In this document: piece after piece, positions 59,501 through 64,000 of the stretch
Numbering within the stretch: the stretch's first letter is position 1
Layout: each line of letters begins with the position of its first letter
Assembly (NCBI GenBank): GCA_044220955.1
Contig: JBGAQA010000006.1
Span: 1 to 64,000 of the forward strand
Direction: 5' to 3'
Source: Sandaracinaceae bacterium
Lineage (GTDB): Bacteria > Myxococcota_A > Polyangia > Polyangiales > Sandaracinaceae
Length of the DNA stretch: 64,000 nt
Position numbers and translations under genes: made by a program
Notes under the pieces: generated by a model
Databases searched by the model: none
What the model saw: the letters and a program-made list of their open reading frames with translations, nothing else
Told to the model about the DNA's origin: nothing

Positions 59501-60756
59501 TGCTCGGCCGCCGCGGCCGTGTCGTAGAGATCGAGCGTGAAGTCCGCGTGCGGCCTGTAGTCCGAGAGCCGCAGGTTGACGCGCCCCTGCTCGTAGCGCG
59601 CCCCCATGCCGGCGCGCATGCCCTCGGCGCCGGCCGCGCGCGTGTCGATCGAGAGCAGGAACTCCCCGAGGAGCGGCGGCTCGCCGTCGCTGCGCATCGG
59701 GTAGACGTACGTGCGGCGTCCGGCGCTCCGGTCGAGCCACTCGGTGTAGGTCAGGCGCACGCGGACGGTCGCGCCGGGCATCACCGGCGAGATGCGGGCG
59801 CGCAGCCGCGAGGGGCCGTCGTAGGCGAGGCGCGACTCGGCGAGGTCGGCGCCGCTCCACGAGAGCGAGTAGCCGCTGCCGACCTGTACCGCGCCGATGG
59901 CCGACTCGGTGAATCCGCTCCCGGTGTCGACGGCGAACGAGGCGACGATGGCGCCGTCGGGGATGCGGATCGACCACTCACCCTCGAGCGTGTCGCTCCG
60001 CGCGTTGAAGAACGTCTGCACGATCTGGGTCTCCGCGAGGTCACCGCGGACCTCGACGTTCACCTCGTGGCTTCGCACCGGCAGCGCCGTGCGCGCCTCG
60101 CCGAGCTCGGTGGCCGTGCGGCCGCCGAGCGTCCCGATCGGATCGTCGATGCGCAAGCGGCCGGCGGCGGGATCCGCCAGCCCGCCGGTCCAGTCGTCCC
60201 AGAGCGCCTCGGCGACCACGCTCGCGGCGCCGGCGCCGTCCACCCGCAGGGTCTCGCCCTGCGCGACCGTTCCTTCGGTGGCCGCGTGGTACGTGAGCTC
60301 GCCGGACGCGCAGTACACGAGCGTCGCGCCGTCCTCGATCGACACGGCGAACGCGGCGCCCACGTCGGTGCCGCTCGTCGCACCGTGGGCGACCAGCGAG
60401 CCGCCCGGGATCGTGATCGTCGTCTCGTCGGCGGACGACGCGTCCACCCAGATGCGCCCCGCGGTGATCGATGCCGCCGCGAGGTCGGGGGCGAGGGTCG
60501 TGCCCTGGTCCATCAGGATCCACGCGCCCGAGTCGAGCGCGAGCGTGCCGCGGCCGTCGGCGGCCGTCTGCGCGGTGGCGCCGGTCTCGACGCGGGCCGG
60601 TCCGCGAACCGTCTCGGTGTCTCCGGCGAGCGTCAGCGTGAGCGTGCCGCGCACCACCGACGCGAGGGCGACCGTCGGCGCGGGATCGTGCGGCGCGTGG
60701 CACGCGACGAGCGCGGCGACCGAGAGCAGGGCGAGAATCGGTCGACTGCGGCTCAT
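56527..60756 (-). CDS. Lipoprotein with FecR-like, VIT, vWA, AgmX/PglI (TonB-C-like) and TPR domains
   Basis: Lipobox LVAC; VIT (AETQIVQTFFN...LEGE); vWA LVLDASG/GGATDLG; QCY...DLAG...ESCV..F; TPR tail. Confidence 0.85.
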   Translation of the reverse strand: MSRSRPILALLSVAALVACHAPHDPAPTVALASVVRGTLTLTLAGDTETVRGPARVETGATAQTAADGRGTLALDSGAWILMDQGTTLAPDLAAASITAGRIWVDASSADETTITIPGGSLVAHGATSGTDVGAAFAVSIEDGATLVYCASGELTYHAATEGTVAQGETLRVDGAGAASVVAEALWDDWTGGLADPAAGRLRIDDPIGTLGGRTATELGEARTALPVRSHEVNVEVRGDLAETQIVQTFFNARSDTLEGEWSIRIPDGAIVASFAVDTGSGFTESAIGAVQVGSGYSLSWSGADLAESRLAYDGPSRLRARISPVMPGATVRVRLTYTEWLDRSAGRRTYVYPMRSDGEPPLLGEFLLSIDTRAAGAEGMRAGMGARYEQGRVNLRLSDYRPHADFTLDLYDTAAAAEHAADAVAYPVTGGPETLADGTRPAEGSDTYVLFDVPTDALLADTATAQQPLELVLVLDASGATSTEDLELARDVVEATLRQLAPDDRVALLLADVAAHRPEGAPEGLVEPSQENREAFLQALSTVDVGGATDLGETLRQAAAIVAGHPRAALLYLGDALPTTGALDATALRTVLATIDAPPRFFGLAIGDGANLELLRTLFGTDQASMIDDRANASRAVMRLLAEAARPTLRGLTLDLGEGVERVYPSPPLEVAEGAHLRLVGRQVGDLPAQITLHATRDGAPVEQTLTVRVGAVIDGGDIRRRWASARLAELLDQDAGREALVDLGTRFSIITPWTSMLVGAGAGSTAPLVTNFDTDPLTIAWGLGGGTSEVAVTSLASDGGSGWRRRMASARPEGDIATQPESTWDTHVPTSFALDPHDRYTSSYGADGGLGTAAVRRALRQGERGPRQCYAQRTADRPDLAGDLTVAVTVGGDGIVRAASVVSSSLGDTETESCVLSEVRGIAFGATGAAQPIVVNYVYNFIVPEREFGSRRLCSPAAFRSLALRRRLWSERLAGRYDVSGVLQVYRQARARCELGNWRARRALLDLMLRHVGDLSSRINLQQAMVGEPDAASYLLGAVLASVRTPEDVAYARSGLGLDVQVDWNLFARAWVQSSNVDARIALVRRWIAVVPDDIDLRLRLLTLLETKGGDALAEARRLARALANDALADAQVRTQIGEFWLRQQDEAEARRVFSQIVEQTPFDPWARKRLGDLYRAHGWPDDAYREYQTLARLRPGEGEVLLLLSRAAADAGRVDEALRLEQRISESTDPAVEEGPATPARLWTLVRLMRLYDEASDDDARNAIRRRVREAGVLRDPPDVFVALSFGHPDDLPRFSLHYPFDGAAADDPGFEEATLGSTDAGILAFRVAEREDGAYQLDVRREDRESLRDTTCELMVVVHPGREDVRVIRQPVVLSTSALAHRYELGASDALAEIPIPPPPRAAAAR

Positions 60757-63700
60757 CGAACACCTCCATGCGCACCCGTCACGCTCGGAGGCGCGGCGGC
60801 CGGCGCATCCGCGAGCGTGCGCTCGCTGATCGTCCATCCACGGTTCGGGGCGCCCGGAGCGAACTCCAGCTCCCGGATCTCGACCTGCTCGTCGGCCCGC
60901 CCCTCGTTCCACACGACGACGAGTCTACCGCGCACGGTGCTCACGCGGTCGGCCGACGTCCGGCGCACCTCGATGCGGTAGGATCCGCTCTCCTGCTCGC
61001 TGACGTCGAACGCCTCGATGCCGAGCTCGGCGTTCAGGTCGTCGGGCCGGGAGATCGGCAGGCCCGGGTGTCCAGCCCAGAGCGCGAGGTCCGTGTCCGG
61101 GTGCTCCCAGACGAGCGAGACGCGCAGCGCCCCCGCGCCGCGGAGCACGCCGCTCCGGCGCATGCGCGCGAGCAGCGCGTTCAGCTGCTCGGCGTCCCCG
61201 CCTGCGTTCTGGCGCAGCTCGGCGAAGCGCACGCTCGACCAGAGCTGAGCGACGCGCGCGACGCCGCCGATCGATCCGGGCGGCGCCGTCTCCATCACCC
61301 GCTGCTCGAGGCGCAGCGCCTCGTCCGTGCGGTGCGCGCCTGCCGCGGCCTGCGCGAGCAGCAGCATCACGGAGGGATCGTCGGGGCGGATCGTCGCGAG
61401 CGTCTCGTATTGCCTGTACGCGTCTTCGTACCAGCCGTGGGCGCGGTAGAGATCGCCGAGGCGACGGCGCGCGAGCTCGTCGAGCGGCGCGAACTCGACG
61501 ATCTCGCTGAAGGTCCGCCGTGCGTCGTCCTCGCTCCCGAGACGGAGGTAGATCTCTCCGATCGCCGTGCGCACCCCCGCGTCCGCGAGCGGATCGACGC
61601 GCATGCGGGCGGCGAGGCGCTGGAGCTCGGCCGTTCGGTGCTGCACCTCGAGCTCCTCGAGCAGGCGCAGCCGCAGGTCGAAGCTCTCGGGCTGCTGCGC
61701 GAGCAGGCCGCGGAGCGCGCGCAGGCGGGCCGTGGGGGTCGTCGCGCGGGCGAGGACCTGATCGACGAGCACCCAGTCCACGAACGTCCCGCCGAAGGCG
61801 CCGCGCACGATCCGAAGATCGTCGGGCGTGCGGACGCGCCGGAGGATGGAGGTCCGCAGGTAGCCGCGCGCCGTGCCGTCGGAGAGGTAGCCGTAGAGCG
61901 TGATCATCTGCTGGAGCGAGCCGGCGCGCGTGATCATGGCGTCGACGAACGCGCGGCGGTCGCGCCCGGTGCGCAGCTCGCAGTCGCGCGCGGCCTGGCG
62001 ATAGACGTCGACCCAGTCACCGGCCCAGCTGCCGCGCTGGAGGCGCTCGGCCCAGAGCGCGCGGCGGTCGTCGAGCGCGAGGCCCGCGGCGTCGCTGCAG
62101 CGGGAGCGCGCATGATCGACCGAGGGCGTGGCGCTGGGCGGGGTCGTCGTCGCCGCTCGCCAGAAGTCGGGCCGCGTCGTCGCGCTCCCGGTCGGGCGGT
62201 TCGGGTCGGAGCCCGACGCGGGCCGCGCCGCCATCCGCGCGTGGCGCCGCATCGGACCGCTCCCGTAGCCCGAGCCGTCGCCGTCGCCGCTGCCGTGCCC
62301 GAGCGTGCCCAGGTTCCCGAGCCCGATCGTCCCCTCGCCCGTGCCGCCGCCCGCTCTGCCGCGGAGCTCCGATCCATCGGCGACGCCGACGCCCTGCGCC
62401 TGGGCCAGGGCGTCCTCCTCGTCCCCCGTCACCGCGCCGCCCGCGAGCACGTCGCGCAGCGACCCGGTCTGGTCCTCGGCCAGGGCGCCCGCGAGCAGAT
62501 CGTCGGTCGCTTGCTGGCTCCGTTCCGCTTCCTCGGGGGCCGGCGCGGCGGGCGGCGCCGTCACGATGGCGGGCGTCGTCGGCGACACCGCCTGCGCCTC
62601 GACGGGACTCTCGTCCGGGGCCGAGCTGACGTCCACGCTCACCGGCGTCGCCACGCCGGTGCCCCCCGTCGGCCCGGGCGCGGCAGGCTCGGCCGCGAAG
62701 CCGCATCCGGTGAGCGCGAGCGGCCCGAGCAAGAGCGTCGCGGCCGCCTGTGCGAGGGTCGAGCCCTCGGCGCTGCGTGGGCCCACGAGGTCGTCGTGCA
62801 GATGGAGGCGCGACAGAGCGCCCATCTGCGAGAGCTCGCGCGCGCTGGGCACGTAGTAGCTGGTGTAAGGCGTGATGAGCCCGTAGCGGGTGCCGAGCTC
62901 GGCGATCTCCTCGCGCGTCGCGCCTTCGCGGAGCTGCTGGCGCAGCCGCTCGTTCGCCCACCGCAGGCGCAGATCGGTGCCGGCCTCGCTCGCCTCCGTC
63001 GTCACGGGAACGCGCTCCTCGAAGTCGGTGCCGAGGAAGCTGCCGCGCACGATCACCTCCCTCGGGATCGCGTCGTGGACGCGCCCGACGACCTCGAGCA
63101 CCTCGCCACGCACGACGTCGACCGGCACGCGCGGGAACACGTTCTCGATCCCGCTGCCGAGATCCACGCTGACGCGGCCGAGCACGGGACGCGAGAGGCT
63201 CGCGAGCACGTCCATCGCCGCGGTCGCTGCGTCGTCGCGCTCCTCGACGCGCATCGCGAGGCCTCCGCCGTGCGTCAGCTCGCTCAGCAGATCCAGGTTC
63301 GCGTCCGCGCCGACCGCGATCGCGTACAGGCGGATGGGGTGGGGCTGATCGACGAGGTGGCCGAGCAGCGCTTCGCTGCCGAGCTCACCGACCGTGGGCG
63401 CGCCGTCGCCGATGTAGACGACCGCGCCGTTGCGCGCCGGATCGAGCAGCGATCCCGCCTGCGCGATCGCCTCGCCGAGGTCGGTCGCGCCTCCGGCTGG
63501 CAACCGCGCGAGCCCGTCGAGCAGGGCATCGACGCGCTCCGGCGTGACCGGGCCGAGCTCCGTGCCGCCCGCGGCGACGGCGCGGATGGCCAGGTCGCTC
63601 GACACGATGCTGACGCGATCGCCCGGGCCGAGGTGCGACGCGATCGCCTCGGCGACGCTGCGCCCGAGCTCGAGGTGCGCGCGGTCCGTCCCGGCGGAGA

Positions 63701-64000
63701 CGTCGAGGGCGATCACGAGGTCGACGCCGCGCGCCTGCTCGTCGTCGTATGCCGCGAAGAGGTGCTCGGGCAGGCGCAGCGGCAGGTACCAGTAGTCCCG
63801 CTCGTCGGCCTCGTTCACCACGATGCGCGAGCCGGGGGCGCGCGCGGGCGGCACGTGCGAAGCGCGATACGCGCGCTGCGCGTCCGCCTGTCGGGGCACG
63901 ATCTCCATCCAGAGGTCGGAGCGGGGCGCGAAGTCGCTGCGCCGCAGCTCGACGCGCGTGCCGTCGACCGTGGCACCGAGCCCGGCGCGCACCTCGGCGG
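60753..64000 (-). CDS. vWA/TPR protein, paralog of the downstream gene (5' end outside the window)
   Basis: IALDVSAG, GGATDLG, YGLITPYTS, and RRLGDLYRAHGW shared with 56527-60756; ATGA overlap. Confidence 0.85.
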   Translation of the reverse strand, partial: AEVRAGLGATVDGTRVELRRSDFAPRSDLWMEIVPRQADAQRAYRASHVPPARAPGSRIVVNEADERDYWYLPLRLPEHLFAAYDDEQARGVDLVIALDVSAGTDRAHLELGRSVAEAIASHLGPGDRVSIVSSDLAIRAVAAGGTELGPVTPERVDALLDGLARLPAGGATDLGEAIAQAGSLLDPARNGAVVYIGDGAPTVGELGSEALLGHLVDQPHPIRLYAIAVGADANLDLLSELTHGGGLAMRVEERDDAATAAMDVLASLSRPVLGRVSVDLGSGIENVFPRVPVDVVRGEVLEVVGRVHDAIPREVIVRGSFLGTDFEERVPVTTEASEAGTDLRLRWANERLRQQLREGATREEIAELGTRYGLITPYTSYYVPSARELSQMGALSRLHLHDDLVGPRSAEGSTLAQAAATLLLGPLALTGCGFAAEPAAPGPTGGTGVATPVSVDVSSAPDESPVEAQAVSPTTPAIVTAPPAAPAPEEAERSQQATDDLLAGALAEDQTGSLRDVLAGGAVTGDEEDALAQAQGVGVADGSELRGRAGGGTGEGTIGLGNLGTLGHGSGDGDGSGYGSGPMRRHARMAARPASGSDPNRPTGSATTRPDFWRAATTTPPSATPSVDHARSRCSDAAGLALDDRRALWAERLQRGSWAGDWVDVYRQAARDCELRTGRDRRAFVDAMITRAGSLQQMITLYGYLSDGTARGYLRTSILRRVRTPDDLRIVRGAFGGTFVDWVLVDQVLARATTPTARLRALRGLLAQQPESFDLRLRLLEELEVQHRTAELQRLAARMRVDPLADAGVRTAIGEIYLRLGSEDDARRTFSEIVEFAPLDELARRRLGDLYRAHGWYEDAYRQYETLATIRPDDPSVMLLLAQAAAGAHRTDEALRLEQRVMETAPPGSIGGVARVAQLWSSVRFAELRQNAGGDAEQLNALLARMRRSGVLRGAGALRVSLVWEHPDTDLALWAGHPGLPISRPDDLNAELGIEAFDVSEQESGSYRIEVRRTSADRVSTVRGRLVVVWNEGRADEQVEIRELEFAPGAPNRGWTISERTLADAPAAAPPSVTGAHGGVR

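Noticed and set aside
53337..60981. Very long + strand ORFs (53337-57008, 56605-60981) and similar antisense ORFs such as 9059-12298, 19988-22549 and 48906-52184
   Set aside because: Shadow frames of real genes caused by high GC and few stop codons; Arg/Ala-rich with no motifs

Overview
Very GC-rich bacterial DNA with the gene content of a myxobacterium (Myxococcota, probably Polyangiales/Sandaracinus-like; inferred from MYXO-CTERM tails, multiple Ser/Thr kinases and AgmX/PglI-type domains). From left to right it holds: a three-gene phospholipid operon; a Phd/YefM-RelE/ParE toxin-antitoxin pair divergent from an imuA-imuB-dnaE2 cassette with a LexA-type box; a BamA/TamA-family gene; two paralogous kinase + TPR/PEGA + secreted Cys-rich protein modules; an orphan cysD; ppdK; three tandem FG-GAP/disintegrin-repeat MYXO-CTERM proteins; a ~7.6 kb partly decayed island with no visible integrase, integrated at tRNA-Leu(CAG) and carrying an intact HNH nuclease-unknown-NUDIX trio; a fimU-pilVWXY1-type minor pilin cluster; and an operon of two VIT/vWA/TPR paralogs followed by a kinase-STAND-TPR gene. 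The best candidates for undescribed systems are the island HNH-unknown-NUDIX operon, the kinase '(L/V)SxDDF' tail / TPR-PEGA modules, and the VIT-vWA pair with its STAND kinase. All family calls come from motifs recognised by eye; no searches were run.
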